A stretch of 64,000 nucleotides of DNA from Spirochaetia bacterium. Its GTDB lineage: Bacteria > Spirochaetota > Spirochaetia > CAKZLE01. The DNA is taken from NCBI GenBank assembly GCA_963677595.1, contig OY782041.1:3392001-3456000 (forward strand), given 5' to 3'. Position numbers and translations under genes: made by a program. The notes under the pieces are model-generated. The model ran no database searches. It was not told the DNA's origin and saw nothing but the letters and a program-made list of their open reading frames with translations. How positions within the stretch are numbered: position 1 is the stretch's first letter; every line of letters begins with the position of its first letter. Shown here piece by piece: positions 1 to 10,300 of this stretch.

Positions 1-1
1 C

Positions 2-238
2 GAGATCGATATCGAGGACCAGACGCTGCAGAAACCCCAGGAGAAGAAGTGCCCGAAGTATGAGATGTACTTTGACAAGGCAGGGCAGTACCGCTACCGC
101 ATGATCGCCGCGAACGGACAGAACGTGGCCATCTCGGAAGAGGGCTATGCCTCGAAGAACGGCTGCATCAACGGGATCAAGGCCATCGCACGGGCAGCAG
201 AAGGTGCCGGGGTGGATGAATCCCTGCTGAAGAAGTAG
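2..238 (+). CDS. YegP/DUF1508 family protein, C-terminal part (truncated by window edge)
   Basis: Frame 2 is open from the window start to TAG at 236-238 and reads ...KYEMYFDKAGQYRYRMIAANGQNVAISEEGYASKNGCINGIKAI, the typical DUF1508 repeat pattern. Not in the ORF track. Confidence 0.8.
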   Translation, partial: EIDIEDQTLQKPQEKKCPKYEMYFDKAGQYRYRMIAANGQNVAISEEGYASKNGCINGIKAIARAAEGAGVDESLLKK

Positions 239-259
239 GGTACTTCCACCGCAGGGCGA

Positions 260-1621
260 TCAGTAAGACAAAGTCACGCGATACCGGCCGTTCTTCTTAG
301 CTCCCTCCCGGACGATGAACTTGCGTTCTATCAATTCCTGCAGGGCTCTCTGCACGGTTCGTAGAGACAACCCCGTTAGGTCAGCCAGCTGTTTCTGCGT
401 CAAAGTCCCGTCTTCCTTCAGTGCTTCCAGAACTACCTGGGTATTCACTGAAAGCTTGGTCCCGGAGTCATGGACACTGCTGTTTACACCGCCATTTAAT
501 CCGCCATTTAATCCGCCATCGGCCTGTTCCTTCAGGATGGCTACAGCTTCCTTATTATAGTGGAAGCCTGCTGCGATGAAGTGTTCTGAAATATCGAAGA
601 TGTCCCTGGGGTAGGTCCTCAAGATCTTCTTCATCCCTGAACCAAGCTGCTCACACAGGTCCATATCGGAGAAGATACGCATGAGCTCCCGGTTGCGGGG
701 GTGTGACCTCCCTGCAAAGAACTCATCCTCAGTCATGCCGACCGGGAGACCCCCGCTTGAGACGACATCGATGCGGTCATCATATACTTCGACCACCGGG
801 TATGAGCCGTGTATATAGTCATTATGGAGTATCGCATTGAGGACAGCCTCCCGCAGGGCATCTTTCTCAACGAGACGGAACTCTCTCCTTGCAGCTGCTC
901 CACCGACCCGTACGATCGTGCTGTTGATGACTTCGAGCTTATCGAGGATCTGGTAGGTTGACTTGATCAGGCAGCTGCGGCCGTACTCATTGCGTTCGAG
1001 TATATCGAGCTTCTTCGTCCCCCGGAATCTCGCAACCTTCATCGAGTTGCCGTTGTTGTCTGCCATGAGATAGGCTGCATAGTTGTACCTGCCATCGTCC
1101 GTGAGCAGCCCGAGGTTCCGCAGGAAGAATTCACCACCGGTATCAAATCCTTTTTCGGCATAGTAGATCTTCAGCTGGGTGAACGATAGGTGCTGGTTCG
1201 GGGAAAGGGCATTGCTCAAGGTATGTGCAACCCGTTGGGAACGCAGCTCTGCTATAAGCTTCAAGGTCATCGGGGAGGACTGGGAACCGATACGGGTATA
1301 GCAGCCCTTTGGACTCATCCCATATTTCTTGAGGTAATAGGGCTTCTCCAAGCCCTGGGCGATGGTGAGGAAGATGAATGGGGTATGCTCATCATGTTTC
1401 ACTTCTACATTGAAAAGGCCTAATGTCGCCGGGAGGATATTGTTCTTGATCCGGTCTATGACGGCAAGGGCTGTCGAGTCCGGTTCCGGTATCCCGTACA
1501 CACCTCCATCATCATCCATCCCGATGAACAGTTCCCCACCGGAAGCATTCAGGAATGCTGCGACCTCTTTCTCAAGATCATCAGTGAGTTCCCGTTTATA
1601 TTCGACTGTCATGCTCTCCAC
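260..1621 (-). CDS. Schlafen/AlbA_2 + HATPase_c_4 + winged-HTH protein
   Basis: N-terminal EYKRE..EVAAFLNASGGELFIGMDDDG (AlbA_2). LREAVLNAILHNDY..VYDDRIDVVSSGG..RN..LGSGM (HATPase_c_4). C-terminal TQKQLADLTGLSLRTVQRAL HTH. Confidence 0.85.
   Translation of the reverse strand: MESMTVEYKRELTDDLEKEVAAFLNASGGELFIGMDDDGGVYGIPEPDSTALAVIDRIKNNILPATLGLFNVEVKHDEHTPFIFLTIAQGLEKPYYLKKYGMSPKGCYTRIGSQSSPMTLKLIAELRSQRVAHTLSNALSPNQHLSFTQLKIYYAEKGFDTGGEFFLRNLGLLTDDGRYNYAAYLMADNNGNSMKVARFRGTKKLDILERNEYGRSCLIKSTYQILDKLEVINSTIVRVGGAAARREFRLVEKDALREAVLNAILHNDYIHGSYPVVEVYDDRIDVVSSGGLPVGMTEDEFFAGRSHPRNRELMRIFSDMDLCEQLGSGMKKILRTYPRDIFDISEHFIAAGFHYNKEAVAILKEQADGGLNGGLNGGVNSSVHDSGTKLSVNTQVVLEALKEDGTLTQKQLADLTGLSLRTVQRALQELIERKFIVREGAKKNGRYRVTLSY
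489..519. repeat. In-frame 12-bp tandem repeat (CCGCCATTTAAT x2.6) encoding the GGLN-GGLN-GGVN linker
   Basis: Directly visible at 489-500, 501-512 and partly 513-519. Confidence 0.9.
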
Positions 1622-1825
1622 GGTATTGTTCCTTATCGAATGATCATGAACAGTATAGCATGCATCCCGTATAGTGTCGCATCCCCAATCGAGGGTAGTC
1701 TCTGGGCATGGTCCCCGGTAGTGAAGTGAGGTTATCGGTGAATACGGTCCTGTCTTTCAATAAAACTTACTTAAATAGTCAGAATTATATTGACCCCCTA
1801 TGCCACCTATCAGTATATATGGGGT

Positions 1826-2398
1826 ATGAGTACACGAACAGCAAAGAATCTCCTCTTCATCATCACGATCGCCTTCTTCATCAGCGGCTTCGTGAATATC
1901 ACGTTCTCACTGCTGGCCCTGCTGTGCATGGTCATCCCCTTCATCATGGTCTACCGTGACCGGAAGCTCTCCTGGTGCCAGGGAGCCTGCCCCCGCGCAG
2001 ACTACCTGACGAAGATCGGCAGGTTCTCGCTGCGCAAACCGGTGCCGCGGAGCCTCGTCTCCGCGAAGACGCGGCAGATCGTACTCTCCTATTTCTGCGT
2101 CAACCTCATGTTCATCGGCCTGTCTACCTTTATGGTCTCCCAGGGGAAGCTCGCCCCCATCGACAGGGTCAGATTCCTGATCTTCCTGGAGATCCCTTGG
2201 AGTCTTCCCCAGCTGGTGGTACTCGATCGCATCCCCGATGTCCTGATCCACTTCTCCTACCGGCTCTACTCGATCATGTTCACCTCCACGGTGCTGGGGA
2301 CGGTACTTGCCATCCTCTATAAACCGAGGACCTGGTGCGGGGTCTGCCCGATGAACACGATGAGTGCCAATGTCCTGAGGAACCTGAAGAGGGGTTAG
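1826..2398 (+). CDS. Membrane 4Fe-4S binding protein (Fer4_5-like)
   Basis: Hydrophobic helices with two WCxxxCP motifs (WCQGACP, WCGVCP). ATG 1826 preferred over TTG 1790. Confidence 0.75.
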   Translation: MSTRTAKNLLFIITIAFFISGFVNITFSLLALLCMVIPFIMVYRDRKLSWCQGACPRADYLTKIGRFSLRKPVPRSLVSAKTRQIVLSYFCVNLMFIGLSTFMVSQGKLAPIDRVRFLIFLEIPWSLPQLVVLDRIPDVLIHFSYRLYSIMFTSTVLGTVLAILYKPRTWCGVCPMNTMSANVLRNLKRG

Positions 2399-3306
2399 TC
2401 TGACCCCTTCGCATCGTGGATCGCCTTCCGCTCCAGGTAGGTCCTGCGGAAGTCGGTCGGGGTGAACTGGGTGTAGTTGTGGAATACCGTACAGAAGTAG
2501 TTGCTCGAGGAGAACCCGGCATCCAGGGCGATCTGGGTGATCGGCAGGTCGGTCCCAGCAAGCTGGAGCTTCGCGTACTCCAGTTTCTTGAAGGTGATAT
2601 AGTTCGCCGGGGTGATCCCGACGACCTCCTTGAACTTGCCCTTGAACCTGGAGAGCGAGTAGCCTGAGATAGCGGCAAGCTCCTTGAGATGCAGGGCTTC
2701 CCGGTACTGCCGGTCGATATGGTCTAGCACCCGCTTTATGTTCTCATCGGTTATGTTCTTCTCCTTCCTGATCGGGATGAACTCCGGGATCTTGAAGAGG
2801 AAGCAGCTCAGGTACTGTACCCCGAGCATCACCGTCGCGGGTTCCCCGTCGCTGATGTTCTCGAAGGCAAGGCTGAGCAGTTTCTCATCGCTCGAGGTGT
2901 ACCGCAGGTGCCGGTGTTCGAGGGTCGTGAGGATCTCGAAGAGGGCCAGCGAGTATTCACGGTTGAGCCCGAGGAGGTGCTCCCTGCTGCTGACATCGAT
3001 CTGGAACCCGTAGAAGGAGCAGGGACTCAGGTCATTGGCGCTCGTGTAATGGGGTTCATAGGGGAAGGTGATCAACATCTCGTTCCCGGTCAGGGAGTAG
3101 GTCTTCCCATGGACATGACTGGTCCTCCGCCCCTTGACCATGCAGTGGAGCTCCAGGATGTCGGGGTGGTGGTGCAGCGGTGCCGGCTTCAAGGCCGTGG
3201 GCATGTTCCAGTAGGCCACATTCTTCAGCCCCTGTATCCCGTGCATGTCGCAGGTCAGGATCTTGTTATGCTTCTCCCAGCAGAATTCATCAATGATCTC
3301 CAGCAA
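2395..3306 (-). CDS. AraC family transcriptional regulator
   Basis: Cupin-like N-terminus (HHHPDILELH) and C-terminal double HTH (LAAISGYS..IALDAGFSSSNYFCTVF). Divergent from the TRAP operon. Confidence 0.92.
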   Translation of the reverse strand: MLEIIDEFCWEKHNKILTCDMHGIQGLKNVAYWNMPTALKPAPLHHHPDILELHCMVKGRRTSHVHGKTYSLTGNEMLITFPYEPHYTSANDLSPCSFYGFQIDVSSREHLLGLNREYSLALFEILTTLEHRHLRYTSSDEKLLSLAFENISDGEPATVMLGVQYLSCFLFKIPEFIPIRKEKNITDENIKRVLDHIDRQYREALHLKELAAISGYSLSRFKGKFKEVVGITPANYITFKKLEYAKLQLAGTDLPITQIALDAGFSSSNYFCTVFHNYTQFTPTDFRRTYLERKAIHDAKGSD

Positions 3307-3441
3307 TATCAGCTCCTCCGATGTTTGAAATAGTACTAAAGATAAACCTGAATGTTCCAGTACACTAATCTCATTATACTACAGATACCGTTGAATCAGA
3401 CAAAAAAACAATCGTTATAGATTACAGGAAGGATGTGGGAG

Positions 3442-4368
3442 ATGAGCAGATCAATTTCCAGCGGTGTATGGCCGGTCATGATTACCCCGTACACGGAAGA
3501 CAATAAGATCGATTATGATGGTGTCCTGGAAATACTCCAGTGGTATGCTTCCCAGAAGGTCACCGGCATCTTCGCCGTATGCCAGTCGAGTGAGATGTTC
3601 TTCCTCTCGAAGGAGGAGCGGTTCGAGCTGGCCTCCTTCATCATCAAGAACAGGCCGAAAGGACTGGGCATCGTGGTGTCAGGCCATGTCGCCCCGACCC
3701 TGGAGGAGCAGATCTCCGAAGCCCAGAGCATGGTCGATGCAGGTGCTGACTCCTATGTCTTCATCTCCAACCAGTTCGCAGCCCCGGAGGAGGGTGATGA
3801 TGTCGCAAAACGCCATATCGAGGCCCTGATCACCGGTGTGAAGGCTGACAGCTTCGGCATCTATGAGTGCCCGTACCCCTACAAGCGGCTCATGTCCCCC
3901 GAACTCCTGGCGTGGTGCGCAGGGACCGGCCGGTTCAGCTTCCTCAAGGATACCTGCTGCAGCCTGCCCGAGCTGAAGGCGAAAGTCCAGGCAGTCGAGG
4001 GTACCCCCTTAAAGATCTTCAACGCCAATGCGGCGACCCTGCTCGAGAGCCTTCGGATGGGGATCTCAGGCTACAGCGGCGTCATGGCGAACTTCCATGC
4101 AGATCTCTACAGCTGGCTGTGCGCGAACTACCAGAAGGAGCCGAAGAAGGCTGAAGTACTGCAGGACCTCCTGGGGTTCGCCAGCACCATCGAGTGCCAG
4201 TACTACCCCGTCAACTCGAAGTACCACATGGAACTCGAGGGGCTGGACATCAACCTCTTCAGCCGGGTGCAGGACTTCACCAAGTTCACCCCCAGCCGCC
4301 AGATGGAAGTCGAGCAGATGCGCAGGTCGGTGAACCTCATGCGTTCACAGATTGGTATTTGGAATTAG
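3442..4368 (+). CDS. DapA/NAL-family aldolase or dehydratase (CQSSE subfamily)
   Basis: GVWPVMITPY start, Tyr in GIYECP and Schiff-base Lys in FLKDT. The GxxGE motif is replaced by CQSSE. Catabolic context, so not a true DHDPS. Confidence 0.82.
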   Translation: MSRSISSGVWPVMITPYTEDNKIDYDGVLEILQWYASQKVTGIFAVCQSSEMFFLSKEERFELASFIIKNRPKGLGIVVSGHVAPTLEEQISEAQSMVDAGADSYVFISNQFAAPEEGDDVAKRHIEALITGVKADSFGIYECPYPYKRLMSPELLAWCAGTGRFSFLKDTCCSLPELKAKVQAVEGTPLKIFNANAATLLESLRMGISGYSGVMANFHADLYSWLCANYQKEPKKAEVLQDLLGFASTIECQYYPVNSKYHMELEGLDINLFSRVQDFTKFTPSRQMEVEQMRRSVNLMRSQIGIWN

Positions 4369-4410
4369 ACCCGTTACAGGGTATAATAAATAAAAAACAA
4401 GGAGCTAACT

Positions 4411-5421
4411 ATGAAAAAGATCGCTTTGCTGATGATGGTTCTCGTACTGGCAACCGGATCACTGATCTGGGCCCAGGGATCACAGGAACCCGAAGGTATC
4501 AAGCCCGTAGAACTTATCTTCACCTCAGTCTCGATCCCGGGAGATTCCCATACCGAGGCTATGTATGCATTCGAGGAGAAGTGTGAAGAACTCTCCGGCG
4601 GGTCAATCGACGTCAAGGTCTATGACAGTGCTACTCTCTTCACCCAGGAGAACGAGTACGATGCCCTGATCAGCGGACAGGCTGACATGGCGTACATCTC
4701 ATTCCCGACACTCGCTACCCAGATCCCCTCATTCAGTATGTTCGGGTCAGGATACTTCTTCAGTTCATACGACCACATGACTTCAGTCCTCAACGGCGAC
4801 ATCGCCAAGTATAACATCTGGCCGGACGTCAGGAAGCTCGGTCTCGAGCCCCTCGGCAGCATGTACCTCGGTTCACGTGTCGTGAACACCAAGGACAAGA
4901 AGATCGACAGCTATGATGACATGAAGGGCGTCCTCCTGCGAATGCCTGGTTCAGAGTCATGGCTCTTCTTAGGGAAGGCCCTCGGCGCAAACCCGACCCC
5001 TCTCTCCTTCAGCGAGCTCTACACCGCACTCCAGACTGGTGCTGTCGGTGGACAGGACAACCCGCTCCCGACAGTCGAGAGTGCTAAGTTCTATGAGGTA
5101 ACCAAGTACCTGGCAATCACCAACCACGTCATCGACTCCATCATGCCCTGTGTCAACATGGACAAGTGGAACTCACTGACTGCTGACCAGCAGGCTGCCG
5201 TCAAGGAAGCTGCTACCTATGCTATCGCAGTCAATGACAAGGAGAGGATCGACCGTGAGAACAACCTCGTGGCATTCTTCGAGAGCGAAGGCCTCACCGT
5301 TACCCATCCTGACATCACTGAGTTCAGGGACAACGTTCAGGCTGCATACGCTGCCAACACTGCCATGACCTCAACCTGGGATATGGACCTGTACAACAAA
5401 GTCCAGGCAATGGCTAAATAA
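4411..5421 (+). CDS. dctP: TRAP transporter substrate-binding protein (SiaP-like)
   Basis: Signal peptide, LRMP carboxylate-binding Arg, LGANPTPLSFSELYTALQTG and GQDNP. Confidence 0.93.
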   Translation: MKKIALLMMVLVLATGSLIWAQGSQEPEGIKPVELIFTSVSIPGDSHTEAMYAFEEKCEELSGGSIDVKVYDSATLFTQENEYDALISGQADMAYISFPTLATQIPSFSMFGSGYFFSSYDHMTSVLNGDIAKYNIWPDVRKLGLEPLGSMYLGSRVVNTKDKKIDSYDDMKGVLLRMPGSESWLFLGKALGANPTPLSFSELYTALQTGAVGGQDNPLPTVESAKFYEVTKYLAITNHVIDSIMPCVNMDKWNSLTADQQAAVKEAATYAIAVNDKERIDRENNLVAFFESEGLTVTHPDITEFRDNVQAAYAANTAMTSTWDMDLYNKVQAMAK

Positions 5422-5460
5422 CCGTCTGACTTAAGACGATTTATCACACGCAACATTCGG

Positions 5461-5532
5461 TATGGAGTGACTTCTGCCTAGGGAGTCCTCCATACCTGTA
5501 TATGAAACAACCCAGCCCGCATCCGGGCTGGG
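5461..5532 (+). terminator. Two stem-loops between dctP and dctQ (mRNA-stabilising or partial terminator)
   Basis: TATGGAG..CTCCATA (5461-5494) and CCCAGCCCG-CATC-CGGGCTGGG (5511-5532). No U-tract. Confidence 0.55.
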
Positions 5533-5560
5533 AACACACGGTAGGAAGTAGGAAAAAATA

Positions 5561-6070
5561 ATGGATGTGCTAAAGAAGATCGGTAAGGCTGTGATGTACC
5601 TGCTCGGTACCATCATCCCGAACCTGACGTTTCTCCTGATCTTCGTCACCTTCATGGTGACGATCGTATCTCGCTATGTATTGAAGACCCCGGTACCCTG
5701 GGCGTATGAGATCAGTATCCTCGCTTATATGTGGACGATGTTCTTCGGAGTAGGAAGAGCCATGAAGCATGATGAGCACGTTGTGTTCGGACTGGTCTAT
5801 GACAGTGTGGGGCCGAGGATGAAGATCGTCTTCGAGATCCTGAGCAGCCTCATCCTTGTAGCCCTGCTGTCTATCGTGTTCATCCCATCGGTCCACTCCC
5901 TCCTGGGGAAGAAGATGGTGACGGGAGTATTGAAGATGCCCTACACGGTCGTCTTCTCCCCGCTGATCTACATGTTCGCAGAGATGCTCGTCAGGAGCGT
6001 CATGGGGTCGGTGAGACACATCAAGAACCTGCGTAACGAACTGACCAAGAAGGAAGGTGAGCTGTCATGA
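5561..6070 (+). CDS. dctQ: TRAP small permease
   Basis: 4 TM helices, SRY..WAYE..HV motif, located between dctP and dctM. Confidence 0.9.
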   Translation: MDVLKKIGKAVMYLLGTIIPNLTFLLIFVTFMVTIVSRYVLKTPVPWAYEISILAYMWTMFFGVGRAMKHDEHVVFGLVYDSVGPRMKIVFEILSSLILVALLSIVFIPSVHSLLGKKMVTGVLKMPYTVVFSPLIYMFAEMLVRSVMGSVRHIKNLRNELTKKEGELS

Positions 6071-7347
6071 ATATTGTACTGATCCTGTTTCTCGTCCTGG
6101 CGCTCTGCTTCATCATCAGGATGCCGGTATCCATGGCGATGCTCTCTGCTTCGATCGCCTATTTCATCCTGAGCGGACGGTCCCTCGAGCAGGTGTTCAC
6201 GGTCATGACCGGGAACATGTTCTCGAACTACACGATGCTCGCGGCCCCGCTCTTCATCTTCATGGCGAACGTCATGAACGAAGGCGAGGTGACCGACAAG
6301 CTCTTCAAGTTCTGTAATGGTCTTTTCGGGAGACTTCGCGGCGGTACCGCACAGGTGAACGTCGCTGCCTCCCTCATATTCTCAGGCATGACCGGTTCGG
6401 CTATCGCCGATGCATCCGGTATCGGGCTCATGGAGATCGAGCAGATGAAGAAGGAAGGGTACGATCCCGCCTTCAGCTGCGCACTCACCGCTGCCTCGGC
6501 AACCGTCGGGCCGATCTTCCCACCGAGTATCCCGATGGTCATCTATGCCATGCTCTCCGGTGCCTCGATCGGGAAGCTCTTCATGGGCGGTATGATCCCC
6601 GGGATCCTCCTCTCGATCGTGCTCATGCTCTACGTAGCGTTCATCTCCGCGAAGCGGAAGTATCCGCGAGGCGAACAGATGGCTGTCCGTCAGTTCATCC
6701 GGGTATCCATCACTGCCTTCCCGGCGTTATTCACCGTCATACTCCTCCTCGGGGGTATCTACCTCGGTGTCGTGACCCCGACGGAAGCAGGGGCCCTCGC
6801 ATCTTCCTACGCGATCCTCATCTCGGTCCTCCTCTACCGGAACCTCGGGCCTGAGAAGTTCTGGAGGATCATCAAGAAGAGTGCAGCCAACACCGCGACC
6901 CTCGCGCTGCTTGCCGGTACCTCGATGCTCTTCAGCTACATCATCGCACTCGAGCAGGTGCCGAGAGCGGTAGCATCGGTCGTCATGGGGATCACCGAGA
7001 ACAAGATGGTCTTCCTCATGGTCGTCAATGTCGTATTCCTCCTGCTCGGCTGTGTCCTTGATGTCAGCACGATCCAGCTGGTGTTCGTACCGATGGTCCT
7101 CCCCCTGGTGAGGGCGTTCGGGATCGACCTGGTCCACTTCGGCGTCATCATCTGCTTCAACATGATGATCGGACTGTCAACGCCACCGTTCGGTATGCTG
7201 CTCTTCATAGTCGCGGGACTTGGCAAGACCAAGATAAGCGGGGTCATACGGGAGATCATACCGATGATCATCGTCATGATCATCGTTTTGGTGCTGATCA
7301 CCTATGTGCCGGATATCGTGATGTACATCCCCAACCGGTTCATGTAG
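6067..7347 (+). CDS. dctM: TRAP large permease
   Basis: FSGMTGSAIADA, GPIFPPSIP, TPTEAG and TPPFG motifs. ATGA overlap with dctQ. Confidence 0.95.
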   Translation: MNIVLILFLVLALCFIIRMPVSMAMLSASIAYFILSGRSLEQVFTVMTGNMFSNYTMLAAPLFIFMANVMNEGEVTDKLFKFCNGLFGRLRGGTAQVNVAASLIFSGMTGSAIADASGIGLMEIEQMKKEGYDPAFSCALTAASATVGPIFPPSIPMVIYAMLSGASIGKLFMGGMIPGILLSIVLMLYVAFISAKRKYPRGEQMAVRQFIRVSITAFPALFTVILLLGGIYLGVVTPTEAGALASSYAILISVLLYRNLGPEKFWRIIKKSAANTATLALLAGTSMLFSYIIALEQVPRAVASVVMGITENKMVFLMVVNVVFLLLGCVLDVSTIQLVFVPMVLPLVRAFGIDLVHFGVIICFNMMIGLSTPPFGMLLFIVAGLGKTKISGVIREIIPMIIVMIIVLVLITYVPDIVMYIPNRFM

Positions 7348-7365
7348 CTGCAGCACACCGGCTGA

Positions 7366-10300
7366 ATGATGGAAACGCTCAAGGATGTGATCGAACGGGC
7401 TGCCGGTACGAAGTACCATGCAGCCCCGTTCTGGGCATGGAATGACGCACTGGATAAGCAGCGGCTCCTCGAACAGCTCGAGGGGATGCGTGAGAAGCAT
7501 ATTGGGGGGGTATTCATCCACTCCAGAGATGGACTCGAGACGGAGTACCTCTCGAAGGAGTGGATGGACTGCACCGATGCGGTCATCGACCATGCGGGAC
7601 GTACCGGCATGGAGGTCTGGATCTACGATGAGGATACCTGGCCCTCGGGAAGCGCAGGGGGAGCCGTCAGTGCGGCGGACCCCGCGGCTTTCTCTGCGAA
7701 GGGCCTGACGATCGAGATCCTCCCCATAGACAGCCCTGCATCATACCGTAGTACGGTACGCAGCCTCCATGCGGAGGCATCCATCCTTGCCATCTACCGG
7801 ATCGAACGAGACCCGGAGTCCAGCCACCTGTTCAGCTTCGAGCAGCTTCCTTCAGAAGATGCAGGTCCGGCTGACCTTCCCGGTGAACTCCTAGCCTTCA
7901 GGGTAGAGACCTCGGGCCCTTCCGAGTGGTACAACGGCTCTGCCCCGAGCGACAACCTCAACCCCGAAGCCGTACGCCGCTTCCTTGACCTCACCCATGA
8001 GCAGTATGCCAAGCGGTTCAGCGACAGCTTCGGAACGGTAGTGAAGGGGTTCTTCACCGATGAGCCGAATGTCTGCGACTTCTTCTCTTCCTTCACCGAG
8101 GGGCGCCCCTGGCTTCCCTGGGGCGGGGACCTGCTGCGGTTCTTCGAACAGAAACGGGGTTATTCCATGCTGCTCGGCCTCCCGCTGCTCTTCTTCGAGG
8201 GCTCCGGCATGGAGAAGATGCGGTATGACTACTGGCTCAGCGTGACTGAGCTCTTCGTCTCCTCCTATACGAGACAGCTCCATGATTGGTGCGATGAGCG
8301 GGACCTCTCCCTTACCGGCCATATGCTCTATGAGAACGACCTCGGCTATGGGGTCCGCTGCAGCGGGGCTGTCATGCCCCACTACCGCTGGATGCATGCA
8401 CCGGGGATAGACCTGCTCGGCGACCAGCGGGAGGAGTACCTCACCGTGAAGCAGTGTACCAGCGTGGCAAACCAGTTCCGGAGGGAGATGGTCGTCAGCG
8501 AGATGTACGGCTGTACCGGCTGGGAGTTCTCCTTCGCAGGGCAGAAGCGTCTCGGTGACTGGCAGTACATCATGGGCGTGACGCGCCGTTGCCAGCACCT
8601 TGCCCTCTATTCGATCACTGGCTGCAGGAAGCGGGACTACCCGCCTGCCTTCAACTACCAGGCACCCTGGTGGGAGCACTCACACCTGCTCGAGGACTAC
8701 TTCGCGCGTCTCGGGGCCTGCACGAGGGCTGGGACCGTCCACCGAGAGATCCTCATGGTCCACCCGGTAGGGACGTTCTGGATGAAGTCAGGGTCCTCCC
8801 CTGATGAGGACCTCTCGAAGGTATATATGAACATGGGCTGGCTCGATCGGCATTTCACCGACCTCAACCGGGAAGGTGACTGGTACAACCGGCTGACTGA
8901 AGAGCTGCTGAGGCTGCAGTTCGACTTCGACTTCGGCGATGAGCTCATCATGAAGGAATCAGGAAGCATCGAAGAGGGTCGGCTGAAGGTCGGCTTCCAC
9001 TCCTACTCGTGTATTGTGGTGCCGCCGGTCGAGACCCTGATGGATTCGACCGTACTGCTGCTGCAGGAGTTCCTCGATGCGGGTGGACATATCGCCTGGA
9101 TGGCACCCTTCCCGAAGATGATCGATGCCCTGGAGACCGATGAGCTCGACTGCCTGATCGCACATGAGCGTGTGCACCAGGTCGAGTCCGTCAGCGAGTT
9201 GGCTTCATGCCTCGATACCCTCATCAAGCGACCGGTACGCATCCTCGACCGCCACGGGAATGATGTGAAGAGGATACTCTCGATGACCCGGGAGGTGGAG
9301 TCTGGAAGGATCATCACGGTCACCCATACTGGTGATACCGAGATAGATGATGTACTGCTTCTCATCTCCTGCAGGGGCAGGGTCACCCAACTCGATCTCC
9401 TCACCGGTGATACGTCCCCAGTGGCGGTGCGGTCACTCAATTCTGACCGTATGGAGACCAAGATCACCTTCTCTGCTGAGGAGACGAAGGTCTTCTTCAT
9501 CGCATATGATGAAGAGCCAGAAGAGGTGAGGGCACTGACTCCTGCGTATCACCACCCCCATGACTCGGTCTCCCTGGTCTACGGGTTCCCTGCCGTATGC
9601 CAGGTCGAACTCTCCGGGGAGAACGGCTTGACCCTTGACCGGTGCCGTATCAGGGTCGGTGATGGACCCTGGGAGGAAGAACAGCCGGTGTGGATTGCCC
9701 AGAAGCTCCTGCGGGAGCAGTTCGGCATGCAGCCGGTCTATTACAACGGTGGACCCCAGCGCTACCTCTGGATCGACGATGACACCTCGTACCCGGTGGT
9801 ACTGCAGTTCACCTTCACGAGCGATGAGATCCCCGATGGGGAAGTCTTCGCTGTCGTGGAGAAGTCGCAGGACATGAGGATTACCTGTAATGGAGATCCC
9901 TGCAGCCTGACAGATGACTGGTTCATCGACCGGGACTTCCAGAAGTGGAAGATGCCATCCCTCGTTGCAGGAGAGAATACCCTCGAGCTGTCCCTCGATT
10001 ACACCGCGGCGACCGAGTTTGAGAATATCTACATCATCGGTGCCTTCGGGGTGAGCCCTGACCGGCAGATCACGTCACTGCCGACTCACCTGAGACGGGG
10101 TGACTGGACGACCCAGGGTCTGTTTCACTACCCGGGGAGCTGTACCTACCGCTATACCGTCCCGGCTGTAGGGAAACAGGATGCTTCCCGGCAGCTCATG
10201 CTCAAGCTCGGGGAGTTCTCCGGGACCCTTGCTGTGATCCGGATCGATGGGGGAGAGCCGATCTATGCATTGCGGGAGAGGGCTATACCCGTTAGCGGGC

